A stretch of 64,000 nt of DNA from Balanoglossus misakiensis (lineage: Eukaryota > Animalia > Hemichordata): positions 4,092,305-4,156,304 of the forward strand of contig CM082577.2 of assembly GCA_040954595.2 (NCBI GenBank). Reading direction: 5' to 3'. Shown here piece after piece: positions 30,401 to 44,120 of the stretch (position 1 is its first letter; each line of letters begins with the position of its first letter). A program made the translations under genes and the position numbers. The notes below the pieces were generated by a model. The model searched no databases and was not told where the DNA came from. It saw nothing but the letters and a program-made list of their open reading frames with translations.

Positions 30401-33400
30401 TCATTATGGCTATATTGGCATAGCTTACCAAAATTAGAACCCTGAACTCTCACATAACAATACCCACAGGGCATGTTTAAGTTATTTCACACCCATTCCA
30501 GTCTGGGTTTTTTTCTTGTTGGACCTTTGTGAGTTGGATCTTAGCACCTCTTGACCTTGTGGGCTGTTTTGTTTGATGCGCCCGAAAGTTGTGGAGGTGA
30601 TCACTGATATCAAAATTCCACTCACAGTTATTATTTCTGCTCCTGGAAAGACTAGTGAATTCATTTAAGTTTAAATTACAATAGCTCTCAGAGTCAGATG
30701 GAAATAGCGGTGAACTGTTGTGTGGGTCAAATAGTGTAACCATGAGCTGCTTTGCAGAGATGAATTGTTGCTGTGAGAGGTTTTAAACTGCACATAAAAA
30801 GCCTGATTGAAGATATACCCGAGTGTACAGTGTTCTCTTTAAAAGTGCATTGGGGTGTAACATGCATGATGTGTTGTTGTTTTTCCTAACGGCCTGCATG
30901 CATTAAGATATATATGACTCAACCCTTGGCTATAACCCTAGCAGACAGCTGCATACCTAAAATCTTGAGAAACTCAAGTTTAGCGACAATTACAAGGTGT
31001 GATGACACATTCCTGTTTTCCACGCAAGAATATTTCACCGAGATTTTATCGGTTCACAAAACGCCCAGTTCTTACACAAGAAATGGTCATCAAGATTTTC
31101 ATGGCCTGTGACTTTTCACTATTAATGACCAACACGAACTCTTATCTGCATCTTCCAGACAACAGACGAAACTCAAATACGCTTTGTCAATGGATAGCAT
31201 ACCACTTTCCCCTTTTTCAAACAAGTTTGTTAATGGGGCTACAGCATTCAGGCATGGCTGAAGCTGCGTAAGTGTTGGACGTAAGGCTGTCGTTAGTGTC
31301 GGACATAAGAAGTGCGAGCAAACATTGCTATTGTATGCTGTCTTCAAAGCGGGGCTTTCAAAATACTTATGATAGTATGCACCTCAAAAATCACAGCCTC
31401 AAACATTTTATTATATTTTGCCAAAGGCAACTTTAGTCTGGTGCATATTTTGGAGTTTTATCGATTGCATTAGATATATAGTGACATACAGCCCCAATAG
31501 CTGCAAATATTTCCATAATTATACTTTTAAAGAGATAGGTATACATGAACATATTATCAACCTCTGATTGTGGCAGTACATTTATTAAATATGAGCAAGT
31601 TAAAAAATAAATGGGTGCCACACCTGTTTATCCAGTCAGCCATTGCAATCTTGAATTCACAACTATCATGGCATGCACGTATGGGTATTAGCAGATAAGA
31701 ATCTCTACAAAGTTATAATGCACAGATGTCACTGACATACAGATCACGACTGTATCACGAAAGCTAAAAGCAATGTGTTTGAATTATCTATGGCCCCTTG
31801 GAGATTGTATAAAGACCCAATATTACCAAGGGACACACATATTGGTAGTGACAGGAATATGTATGCAGCTGTCCGTGTGCCCTGTCACACTCCAGACATG
31901 CAATAAATTATTTTGACTTTTAAATTGTCTTGAGGATGACCATCCAACTGGAAACAAATGTGAGGCTAAGTAATGGGTAATTATCTTGTCACAAACACAG
32001 TACTTACACCATAAATGTTTGAAACAAGTACTGTTTAAATATAAAATGGAAGTGGCATAACTTTTGTGTTGTAAAGTCACACGTATGTTTTGTTTTGTTT
32101 TGTTGTAGTTTGAACTGTTTCAAAGTTAATGGTGATTGACCTTAAGTGCTGGTGTGAACCCAAATGACTATTTATGGTCTTAAAGAAGACATGGACCCCT
32201 CTTTCCTGCAAATAATTATAACCAGAATGTTGTTTGTTTCTTTTATTTGTTTAGGGAGGGTCAGACTTCGATAATGAGTTTGACCTGACAGTGACCCTTT
32301 GATAGTCAATAAATGCATCATAAAACTGTAAACCACACTCACTCCTGAAGGCAAATGTCTCTGCAGCTCTGAAATAACTGATACACTGATTATATTAAAT
32401 TTCACAAACTAAATGAAGAAGTTATATTATTATAACTTATCAAATAAGATTTGATTCTGTTCTTCTGATTCATATGAATTTGTATCAATTCTGCTTGTAT
32501 CAATTATAGTATATATCACAGTTGACTTCAGATAAATTACTTTTTTAAGATTTATTAGTTATATGTGGGTTTTACCCTTTCTTTCCCCAGAGACTATGGA
32601 AACTTATTTGAGGACTCAGCAAACCATCTGAGTGGAACACTGCCATCCTGAACAGCTGACTATTCCAATCATGACCAAAGTCTACACTGGATGAAACGTA
32701 TAGCCAAGTGTCCAGGGATCTGCTGTTGATTGAACGTGTCTGCCTGTCAGCTTTAATAGCTGCACTGCATGGTCAGCGCATGCAGTGGAAGACATCGGGG
32801 TGACGGCCACAAGGTTGTTTTGTGTACTTGTCCTGGAGACCGCAATAAACGTAGGTGAAATAAGAGATGAGTAATACACTTGCTTGGGCATGGAATCAAT
32901 AGGACGTGGGACCATAACTGTCTTCTAAGCAACGTCAGAAGCATAATCGCATTTGATGCTCAGATGAACGGCTCCCAGTTATGCCAAGCTTGGAATGTAG
33001 CAATGCCGTGAAGCAAGATATATTCTTGAATTTAAAGTTCAACTCAAAGGTCAAGCTGGAATCAATTAATTAATCACTTGCACAGCCATTTCCAGCCACA
33101 TATATTCTCTGTGTTATGTAGTCACCAATCACTTAACTTTTACTTTCACTGCCAAGCTTAATACATGTGGAGGACATTCTCTTGTGACACAGGACAAACA
33201 TTTTAACAACACATGGTCCGTTGTTGTCACAAAAATTACAATTATTCTAGTTTCATACAAAGCTTCAATTGACTAGAACAATGTATTTCTTGGCTAGCAA
33301 CCCGATAATTAAGCAAATTTCTGGCAATGGGCAGAAAATCCATCATCTATTCAACCACCATATGAACACATTACTCCCTGACCTTGAAGAAGAGCAAGCA

Positions 33401-36400
33401 ACTGCACGATCATGCTGACAAACAGATGCAGATTCCTGCCTGGTGGTGAAATATTTATCTTTAATAGGAGGCCTGAACTGTACAGCCAGGTGCCTGCCAC
33501 TTGAAGTCGTTAACATAAATAAATGCTCTTCCATACTCTCCATGCTACGTATGGGTGACAAGTCAAATCTTTACTGGTTATACTTCCAAGACACCATAAA
33601 TGCTAGATTTTCACGGCAGATGCACAAACTTTGAGTTTTTTTTCAGTCACTTTTGCTGTTGTTTCTAACCTCTCCACACTGACAACAGACAAACCTATAA
33701 AAATATACACTGATGCAGCTGCATTCATACATTTCTAGATGATGTCCAAAGGATTACTTGATAATTAATGAGAGTAGGTGTAAATGTAGCCTGGTTGCTA
33801 TTTTCAGAAACTCTGGTGAAAAAATCACTTCTCATGTTAACTTTTACGGTCATGAAGTGAGCTGAAAAATTCCTGCTAAAATCGGCCAGCTATGAGTATG
33901 GAGTTTTAAGGACTGCTGGCCTGCTGTGAGTTGGAGATGGCGGCAACAGTGAGAATTTATAGGGATATATCCAACAGTCTGAATCAAAATATATATAAAA
34001 TCATGTATACACGCATGGTATATGGGACACAGCCAGGAACAGACATCACTGATCCAGCCTGGGAGTACAAAATGATTTATTTCTGGAACTGATGGTGTAG
34101 ATTCTGATGTAGAACTAGTTCAGAAAAGAAAGTCAACCAACTGATCTCCAACCAACTGATGCATGGAAAGTTCAGGCTACCTCGACATTGCTTCAGGTTA
34201 TTATAAAAACAGATCAATATAGATTGCAGGTTACTTTTGGTAAAGCAATCACAGCACTGATGTTTACATAACCAAGCACTCGCTGGTTTTTAAAGTGAGC
34301 TGGAAGATTGCCTCTGTCATTCAATAAACCTTTACATAATGTGAAAAAATAAAGGAACAGACACATTCACAGCTAGCTAATGTCCATTTAAAGGATGACA
34401 CACAAAAAGACCCCAATCTACCAGTCTCCTCATCCTAGACTAAATAATTCAATGAAATTTTATACAACTAACTCATGAATTCAATTCGTCATATGGAGTT
34501 TGTTGAAGTAACAGGTCTCTTATTTCAAATGTTATTAAACCTATTCTATAATCTCTCTCTCACTAAGATTAATCAATCATGCTTTCTTTTACATATTGTT
34601 TTCATGATAGGCATTAAAATAATGACACTAATTGATATACTTTGTAACTGTACATCATTTTTCATCCTTGTGATTCTAACCTTTGATCTCTTCATATAAA
34701 CTACAATGTTATCAAATTGGTTTTAACCCTTTCACCCCCAGTCCTCTCCGCATAAGTCCAACTTCACCATAGAAAACAATGAATTTGGACCTAACCATGG
34801 TGGTAAAAGGGTTAAAGAGCATCTCTTGCAAAGTGCTCCCTCAGTGTACTTCACGGGCAAGATAATACATGTGAAATAAGATAGTGAAATGACAAACAGT
34901 GCAAATACCCTTTCAATCATATAAAGCATTGCCAACTGACTTGTGGTTTCCCACACACTTCTTTCAATTCATAAATTTATCTAGCAACAATTTTCATGTC
35001 AAATTCAATACAAACCAAGGGCTATTATAACAATCACAGATTTTTGCCAAGCTTTGAGTTAATTTGTGTATATTATACATGGCCTTTCACCCTAGTGATA
35101 TATAATATGTATTGGTATTCATATGATGTTCCCTAATGCCCTTTGGAAGGGATGATCGCAATGACAATTACCAAGCAGCATGCTTATTTGTTCAGAATTT
35201 TTCTTCAAACTTGTGTCATTTCATAATATTTTTGGGTGGTGGAGTGGGGAAGAAAGGGGAGCATTATTTTTGGTTCATTTAATGCAAACTTCACTCTGCA
35301 AGTTGTACTTTTTTTCCTAATTTTTACCACCCATTCCAGGATCTTCAAACCTGTCCAAATAGTTTTAATAAAATAATCTGTCCAACATCTGAGAAGGTCA
35401 TTCAGAATACTTTTAACACATGCCTCGTGCAGTGTTCAGATGAATGACATTTCAACATGCTTCACTACAGATGAAACCATTATTCTAGGGGGTGGCCATG
35501 CAAGAGGTATTTCTGGTTTTATTATTTTGGCAACTTTTTGGCAGCCATCTTTTTCCAAAATGTTGGTTTGAATCAGTGTTTCTTTCCTCCAGTAAAGGGG
35601 GAATAAACTTCTTCCTTTACTGAAAAGACAAACACACAGCATCTACCTTCAATCAGGACCTGATTTTTTCTTCTTCAAAGTACCCCACTGTCAAATGATT
35701 ATCCCCGCAAAGTAGAAAACAACACATTACTTCTCATATATCACTAAAACTGCAAGTGTAAGTGAGTCCAGTCAGACATTCATAATTAACATGAGTGACC
35801 AACTGAAACCACAGACTGAGAAAATAAATTCTACACTAGAACAGGAAATTGGAGATAAAAGGTGACAGACAATATAGTTTAGAAATCTCAATTCCCAATT
35901 GGTACGCTCATTACCCACAGTTGGGTGCAAATGAGTTTAAGGAAACAATCAGGTCTGTCCTACATTCAAAACACAGATTACATAATCTCAGGGTCTGGCT
36001 TTCATGTACATTCTGAAGTAGTCCCCCTGCAGGAAATATCCACGGCTTACAATTGCACCAATTGGGCTTGTTTCATCGCCACGTCTGGCTTTTTTTGTGA
36101 AATTAAGAGACATACTTGGTGGAAAAACAACTGGTTACATAAAATGTGTTTCTCTGAGCAGATTTGTTAACAGTGAATTAACCCCCATTGTTTGCAAGAA
36201 ATACAACCTGGGATGCTGACAGACAGTATTATCACCAAGGAATTCTTTTTTTGACCAGTGTGGTCTACCAGTCAATTCTCAACACAAGTACCAGTGCAGG
36301 CAAATTAAAAAAGGAACTATTCCAAATCTTTTTTATACCATATTCAAAATAGATTTACTGCTTTATTTAATTCTCTTTCAGTCAGTCTGGCTCTCCCCCT

Positions 36401-39400
36401 CATCTCTATGTGAAAATCTGAATGTACATGTATAAGTACTCCATCTGCATCAAGAATGTTGCCAAACAAACAAAATGAGATATTGACATTTATTTTTTTT
36501 GATGGCTGGTTGGTGATTGATGTTCAATTTTACAAACAGTCACATGCAGATGTCAAGTAAAAATTGTATTACAACCTGATGGGTTCTGGTTGTACCTGGA
36601 TATGTTAAAACAGACACTGCTGTTATTTACTCAGTGGTTAAAACTTAAGTTAGTTGAGCATATTATACTGAATGCCCAAACCCCCTGGGCAATCCAGGTG
36701 TCATTCAGCGCAGAGGGGTAAAATCCTCTCTACAATGGGGGTATACCTATCTGGAAAGTGTAACTGCCAAATTTTCCTACAGAAACTTGAAATGGATAAA
36801 TAAAAGATAAATAAAATAAGGTTGAGTTCAAGTGCTTTTATTTTAAGCCTTTCATTAACGGACATCACAGTAAAATTACAGAAAGCATATAAAAAACAAG
36901 CAGATATCGCTGCCAATTGACTATTTGAATACATTTGCTATCATGCGATTTACAATGGCCTTTGAGGTAAGGAGCATGGTGGGTAGTTTCACTGACTTGA
37001 ACAGATATGGATCTGCAAACAACACTGACTAACAAGTGAGAGTTGGTTGGAGTGCACAGCTAATCCAATTAATTTCAAGGGTGACCAGTGGGGAGTTAAT
37101 TAGGTTTACAGCCAGAACAGCAGTGATACAAAGCTATTTGAAACTATACTAACAACCGATGAAAATTGAGAACCCCACATGAACCCTGGGTACATCTGGG
37201 CCTCTCCCAGAAATGAAAACAGGTACATGTGATAGGGTTGACCTGAACTTTTGCTTGTGAAAGGGGACAAATATTTTGAAATTCTACACCACGTTTGTCA
37301 CACCAGACAATACCACATGTCCTGACTGAAAGGTACTACATGCCAAATTATGGAAACAAAGCCACCACTGTGTGACATCATTAATTTGGTTATATTTGTA
37401 GTTTTTCAGGTTACTCATTTTCTGCCAAGGCACGGCTGTCATCCAGCTTTTAGGATTCAAGTGTTAGACATGACGTTGGGGGAACTGGAAGTAAACACCC
37501 AGTTAAAAATAATGATTTTATAACATGAGTTTTAACTCAATGAAATTGAAAAAAGACATGGGATATTAAAAAGTGGCTGGGAAGTATTATTGACATGTCA
37601 TTAAATAATATCCACTGCCTAGTAAAGTTACTGTGTAGCGTAAACTCTTTGTTGCTCTAAGTCTTCACAGGTTTTACCAGAGATCAGTAGTGGAATGCAC
37701 TTCACATACCAATAACTTTCATCCCACTCTATGATAGGCACTGGCAACTTAGAAAACCAGAAATTTCTATCTCAAGATGTTGTAATGAACAGGTTTCAAC
37801 TCTAGGGGGGGGGGGGGGTCATGACACAGGAACAGGGGAAAGGAATCATTCACTTTCCTTTAGAAATGACATGACTATAGTCTTTGGCTGTGATTCTTAC
37901 TGAAAAATATGCACTGCTACCTCAGCAGCATCAATTGGCATTATGTGGGCTGATTTGTGCCTATTAGAGGAATGTTTATGTTCAACTGCCAAAGATCACT
38001 CACTCGTTTGCCCAAGTAAACAGCCCCTGGGGAAACCCTTCTGCCCCAAGGGCAGTGAATATATTTTAGCTGTCACTGACATACGCATGCAATAACAGCT
38101 GAATAACATCTCCCACAAGTAAGCTGTGAATTTAGTGGGTGTGCAAGATGTCATCTGCAGACATGCGGGAATAAACTTTTGAAGGTATCTAGGAAAGGGG
38201 ACAAATGAAGCTACCCCATCAGGAAAGATTTGTCATACTGGACCTTTATCTAGGCTAGTGTCTATGCTGCATGGACTTCACAGTGTTTTAATCGTCAATG
38301 TACATCTCAGGAAATCTGTCACCTGTGAGTGACCGTGAATGAATTGCCATGATTAGCCAACAATACACTGTTTCCTCTCCGTGAGAAAACAATGACGTCT
38401 TAAATATTTGTGTTTCTGCAGCAAATCCCTTCAGATCCAAAGAATTAATGTGGACAGTTGTGAAAGCTTACTCCGATCACAATGAAGCATGGTTTTAAGA
38501 TTAAGGATTGTAGCTACTTTTTATTTTTTACGTCACAGAGTATGCCCTGGTAACCTGTGTAACGCTAAAGCCTAAAGGGGACAATTTCTTTTTGTTTTAT
38601 CTCCCTCGCCAAGATTTTTCACGATTCACTTCACTAGACATAATCTCTAATTGTTCCCTCTGGCTATGATCTTCTTGTTATCCGCACTACATGTACATGT
38701 TACCAGAGACTGACAGTTCCTACTGAGATACAACACCCAAGTCTTCTTTAGAATGCAACCAGATACCAAATGGATCACGATATTTGACGAAAGGACCTGC
38801 TAAAGGTATTATGGACACCCTCATTTTTTAGTTCCATTAAATCATAATCATAGACTGAGAATATTATTTTAAAATTAATTTGAATTTTACCGAGAGTTAT
38901 ATATAGAAGAAACTCGAACCATGTAAAATCATATCATAAACTTAAAATTGACAAAATTGTATCAAAAAAGTAGTTGACGAGTCAATGTGAAGTTGATAAC
39001 CATCACACAAATAAATAAAATATTAAAATATTTCACGCAACTAAATTTTCTGCCCATCCTGGACTTTGTTATCACTTTAACTACAACAATTCTGAAAATG
39101 AAGTTTTGGTAACTTCTTGAGATCAGCATGGACATTCAACATCATATCTTTTACAACAGGATCTATAAAACGAATCCGCACAACATCTAATGCCTGTTTT
39201 TTTATTTTACTGAGGCCTAATTGTGACCTTAATTGGATATGGGAATGGATATCTCTTTGGGTTATTTAAGAATGCGATGTTTATTCTGGTACTTTCTAAT
39301 GTTAAATGAGATCTGACATTTGCACTCATCGAGTGAAATCAGCCGATCAACTATCAGAATGCGACGTGTAGGTATCACACCTCTAAGGCAGAAAACATGT

Positions 39401-41267
39401 ACATGTATCTTGTCACTGTAACATCATACAATTGACAATTTTGTTGTCAAATTCTATTTATTTGCCTCCCAAACGAGCTATTGGCAAATTGCAGGAAGTC
39501 CCACCAGTATTATAAGGTCCAGCTTTTAACGTCGAATCATGCATGCCCATTGAATTCTTTACCACCATGTCTTCTTTCACAGAAGTCAACCTTCACTGAA
39601 TAAAAGATACCCCCCTCCACCCCATTACGTAGTTTCAAGATACAAGACGTTTGGTCTTTGAACTGAGAAAGGAAGCAGAGCTCTATATTGTGCATAGGTA
39701 CCTGCCTATTTTGTAACAAGAGAGAAAATGTGCATTGATACCAATACCCTTTCCACTACAGTTGGCACGAACAACACATTGCAGTGCATTTTTCTCAGAG
39801 AGATCTGTTGTAGGTTTCTATCAATTGGCAAGATTGACAACATTCAGTGAAACTGAAAGTCTTAACAAACTTTTGTTGTTGAGCGGGCATATTTGGAGGT
39901 CACATGCAGGAGTGGCTTTTGTCAACTTCAATGCAAAATCCCAGCCACTGTGAATGTGGTCTGAGTTTTTCAGGAGAGGTGGTAAATGCCACAGAACTGC
40001 CATGCTGTGTTTGCTGTGATGCTCAACAGGTGGAACTGCACTTTGAATGAACAGATGTTCTTGTAAAACCATGTGCATAAATAAACACAGAAATACAAAG
40101 TCCTTTGCCCATTTGTGCACATTTCTGTTTGAATGGCTATCACTTAACGTTGTAGACACTGAGTTATACCTTGTGTCTGCAAACAGTTTATTCCAGAATA
40201 GGATTATTTCAAGGTAGTTTACAATGAACACTACCTAATAGACAAAGAGTTTCATCTTGATACAGTGAAATCTGTCCATTACAGGGCACCTTTGGGAACA
40301 GAAAGTCTGTCCTTAGTATTCTATTCAAATCATAACTTTCGCCATGAAAAATCCGTCCTTAACAGAGGTGTCCTGATTAGAGACAGAGGCATTCATAATG
40401 AAAGGTTTCACTGTATACAATATCACTTACCTTTGTTAATAAGCTGTTCATCAGTGATGCAACCAAATCCTGAGATTTCAAGTGACTACACATGTGAACA
40501 ATAGCTGGGAATATAACATAAAAACATGCACAATTTATGGTTGGGCTGGTATTATTTTGCTCAAACCATTCTGATAGACTATATAAGTTACAAGATTGAA
40601 AAGTCTCAATAATCATATAATGGAATTTTCTCCAACCTGGTTGCCAAGATTTGACAGAATGCCTGCCAATACCTATCCTTATACATGTATCATCCATACA
40701 ACCTGAAATTGTTGACAATCTAACTAGTTTACAAAACAACTGACCCTCAGTGGCCATTGTAGCAAGTCTTCTGTCCCCATACCAGACCATGCCTGCAAGA
40801 ATTAAAAAAACAAGGGTTTCTCATTTATTTATGCATTGTTTGTACACAGGTCTAGGTAACTTGGTAGGGTTAAGACTGAAAATGTTGATTTGTGTGATTA
40901 AACAGAAATTTGCAAAATCAAAGAAAATCAGTATCTTCATTGATTTTGCAAAATTCTCCTTGGCAACTCTTCCCTTGCACTTTAATCCTTTAAACAATTT
41001 CAAAAACAGGAAATTCTCACCATGTAGAAGTGAAACAAAGTGTATTGTTGCTGGGTCCTCTGGTGTTAATACAGAGTACATTTCTACAGGTTTGCTGTTG
41101 CACATACTAAGAAATTCTGACAGTGTGTGCTTCTTCTTTGTTATTGTGGTGCCAGAGTCTTCCAGAACTTCTACAGCACACCCTACACACAGTGTGCTGT
41201 TGTCTTTTTTAATCAACCATCTTTCATCATGGTGGCCATGGTTGGCTACCCAAGCCACTGCCTCCAT
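15437..41267 (-). CDS. MEI1: Meiosis inhibitor protein 1 homolog (ARM/HEAT-like meiotic double-strand-break factor), about 1190 aa
   Basis: Phase-consistent exons in transcript order: 41021-41267, 40745-40792, 40431-40504, 27293-27398, 26558-26749, 25851-25942, 25542-25702, 25215-25355, 22924-22953, 22040-22174, 21356-21514, 20962-21079, 20745-20856, 20545-20605, 20251-20354, 19869-19980, 19464-19615, 19125-19252, 18924-19025, 18376-18538, 18084-18182, 17731-17844, 17362-17504, 17015-17090, 16612-16787, 16308-16386, 16023-16132, then tentatively 15885-15953, 15642-15805, 15437-15548. Motifs HHDERWL..LCVGCAVEVL..KKKHTLS, SLPSVLKK, ADMAEFLYE, FYSKCHSVYGLEAIMRAL, SASFLRIAL and HQPWN resemble recalled human MEI1. 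The start codon and last three exons are less certain. Confidence 0.87.
28763..29110. repeat. Degenerate tandem array including a near-perfect 61-bp duplication
   Basis: 28801-28861 is repeated at 28862-28922. GACCATTTAAA-like cores recur at 28763, 28936, 28975, 29019 and 29068. Confidence 0.7.
29459..29510. mobile_element. Degenerate internal fragment of the 90-bp TTAA MITE
   Basis: TTGTTTTCTATGGTACGGTTGGACCTC...GGGAACTGG matches the reverse complement of about 63598-63645; termini lost. Confidence 0.55.
29937..30016. repeat. Compound (ACAT)n/(AGAC)n microsatellite
   Basis: Interrupted ACAT run followed by an AGAC run. Confidence 0.75.
34723..34815. mobile_element. About 90-bp TTAA MITE (piggyBac-like termini)
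   Basis: TTAA-CCCTTTCACC...GGTAAAAGGG-TTAA; aligns over its full length with 63586-63679. Confidence 0.8.
40261..40415. mobile_element. Tc1/mariner-type MITE
   Basis: TA-CAGTGAAATCTGTCCATT ... AATGAAAGGTTTCACTG-TA; lies about 15 nt from a MEI1 splice donor. Confidence 0.7.
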
Positions 41268-41779
41268 CTCTGGTCTAATGAACTAAAAATAAAAACGTCA
41301 TGGAATCTGTAACAGACTGTAGGCATACAAGGTAGTGAAGGTATGTCTATTTCGAGCAGGGGGGGGGGGGGGGGGGTCTCCCGGTCCCGATCCCCAAAGT
41401 ATCATCATCATGGCTAAGGAGACTGCAAGTTACATGTACAATCACCATCACTGGACTTTTCGGTTGCTACTCGAGTACGTTTGTTCTTAATTTTATCTCT
41501 GGGATCCTGAAAACAATGTCGAAAATAGAAAGAAGCTAACCCACGGATGCGAATCTTCTTCTCTTAGTCAGAAATGTGGCAATATGGCAGAAAGCGTTGA
41601 GCTGCCCCGTGTACCTTCCACGCCACCATGTTGTACAGTGTAAACACCATTTTTGCAGACGACACGTCCGATCCACGCGCCGGACGGACCATTTTAACAC
41701 AAGTTTCCAAGTTTTAAGTTCATTTTATGGATTCTCAAAATAAAAATCAACAGGCTAGCTATAGAGAGACTAAATTGTG

Positions 41780-41910
41780 GTCTATCAAACGTTACCTTCC
41801 GTCATTCTTCCGTTTATTCACAAGCTCAGTTCGTCGCACATCTTCGATATGCCCGCCATATATTCACGCGTCGCTCTCATTTCAGTTAACGAGTTCTGAT
41901 TGGTTCATAG
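41780..41910 (-). promoter_or_regulatory. Putative MEI1 promoter and non-coding first exon
   Basis: CpG-rich. Minus-strand donor GAAG|GTAACG at 41796/41795, CCAAT box (ATTGG 41899-41903), MYB-type CAGTTA at 41883-41888. The next acceptor, at 41283, precedes the ATG-containing exon. Confidence 0.45.
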
Positions 41911-43399
41911 TTTTACACAGGCTGTTCCATCAGTCCGCTATACCCATCTACAAATTAAACTTTACTCAAAGTTTTCTGGTAACCCTCTAAAGACCAATGT
42001 CAGGTCCTTCAGTCCGATGCTAATGTAAAACGCAAAAATGTTAAATAAAATAAAACAAAATATAATGTATTTATGTACTGTTGAGTGACGATGGACATAA
42101 ATTGGTAAGTTCGCATCAACAACCAGATGCGCGGAAAGAATATTCAGAGAAAAAGACAATTTCGGTTCTCTCATTGACTTTTTTGTGAGACACGCTGCTC
42201 GATTTTTTGTCACGATCATATTCTGAGCGTTTGAGAGTTATATAATAGTTGGTGTACACTGACTGTTCCCCTCCGTTTTTTTTTATCTTTTTTGCGTATT
42301 TTATAATTGCTTCAAGTTGCACTGAAAAGTTTCGACTCATGGCTACTCTGAGTTTTCGAATTTCGTATCATAATAAAACTAAACCGGGAGGCGAGGGTTT
42401 TGTCGTCTCTAAGACAAAAAGACTTCTTTTCTGTGTTTGTGACTAGACAAAACATTGCAACAAGAACAACTAGAATCTAAATATCGTTTTTTAGTGTGTG
42501 TAATATACACAATGATATATGTGTGCATGTAGGGATAAATGATACAACGAATATTGATTCGAATCCCATGGAGGGATTTCTCCAATTATATTGCTCGTAA
42601 CGTTGGGACCTACTATGAAACTCAATCTGTACTCTCCGGGAGTATATGTTCTCAGGAGAGATATTCTAGCCACGCGGGATTGTACGATAAACTAAATACT
42701 GTAATACCGATTCGACGTTTACGACAAAAGGTGTACGGCAGCTCTGCAGCAAACAGTAGCCACAGGCTTTTAATACCCAAGTTCATGTGGTTCTGTTTCG
42801 CCTTCTCAATAGGGTCTACAAACAAACACGTCAGAGCAATAACTACACGCACACGTTCGAAGTGTTCCACCGTGGTGGCTATCGTATATCATCCAGTATC
42901 GTAAAGACAGTTTGGGTTGCCATGGGGACGTAACCCCAGCGTCCGGCCGTGAGGACGATGGTGGCAGTGGGCATGTGCCGCAACTGAACACAAAGAATGA
43001 TAAGTTTACCGGCCCCAGTTTATACTTGAACTACATGAATATGCGACAGTGCAGTGATCTCTGTACAAACGATTCCTGAAGAAGAAGAAAAACATCAAAG
43101 GCCCATTACTAGATTAGGTCCTAACTGATTTGACTGTTACAAATAGGCCTAAGTGAATGTGAACAAAATCCGTTTTAGAAACTTCTCCTGGGCAGTCTCC
43201 AAATGTGAAATTATAGGTGTGAATCTGTTGAACTTATTTTGGCCGCTTCATTCACATGTCATTAAGCGGCAAGCTGGCATATTCTCGATTGGCATGTCCA
43301 TCTTCATGAATACTTAAAAGTGGAGAACGTACTCCTCCCCTTCCCCTACTCATCAGTGGCTGCGCAAATCAGTTTCATTTATCTAGTCCTCCGTCGGTC

Positions 43400-44120
43400 T
43401 TTCCTTTTATGGCGATGTCGAATTGGATCACACATCGACGGGAGAATTGCGGCTCATTAGTTATGTGCTACGTGTTTTAGGATTGGGGCCCTGGATCTTT
43501 GAAGTAAATTCATCTTTATCCTCAGCTGAACTGCTCCTTTAAAATTTCCAGCTGAGTTTAAGGACACCAGTACATAATGAACATCAGACGAGTCAACACA
43601 GAAAGTCGCACGAGAGGACCAGTTAGCCTGGCAAAGTTAGATAAATCAATATATCATGCAATTTGAGCCGCAACGAATTGATCTTTAATTTTGGTATCGT
43701 TGATTACTTTCCAATCACATAATTATGTTCATAGTGCCAATATGACAGCGACAGTGTGCCGTCCCCAGCAATTTCAATTCTCCCAACTATGTGCATTCCG
43801 ATAGTTGTGGACATTCTCAGTGACATACCAGGGGAGGGGCTTATGACGTCACAGTCGGTAGACTTTTAACTTATTAAAATTCATGCAGATAAGCCGGTTT
43901 TGGGGCTTTGTCATTGGTGAGCGGTAATTAAGTAGGCGGGTTCTTTGAACCTCAACCAATTGTCTTTTTTCACTGAATAAATTGTGTTCCCCCTTACTGA
44001 ATTATACCGAAGGCACAAGTTTATATGCGGCATTGCAGTTGCTTTTCTGCAATCGGCAGTTTACCAAGCTGGTCTGCGGATTTCTGGCTGTTTCCCATAC
44101 TCTGTTCTTTTCATTTTAAG
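43400..44120 (+). promoter_or_regulatory. Putative muscle-type promoter and non-coding first exon of the myosin gene
   Basis: CArG CCTTTTATGG 43403-43412, paired CAGCTG E-boxes 43523-43528 and 43549-43554, MCAT-like CATTCC at about 43794, GC box at about 43831, CRE TGACGTCA 43844-43851, CCAAT boxes at about 43913 and 43956. Possible donor AAG|GTGTGA at 44120; acceptor at 44685 before the ATG. Confidence 0.5.

Noticed and set aside
30643-30662. TGGAAAGACTAGTGAAT resembling miR-7
   Set aside because: Extra base in the seed, divergent 3' half and no evident hairpin partner.
40750-41286. 178-aa plus-strand ORF
   Set aside because: Antisense to MEI1 exons; no recognisable domain.
42539-42904. 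121-aa ORF and B-box-like GATTCGAATCC between MEI1 and myosin
   Set aside because: No recognisable homology; no tRNA cloverleaf or A-box could be built.
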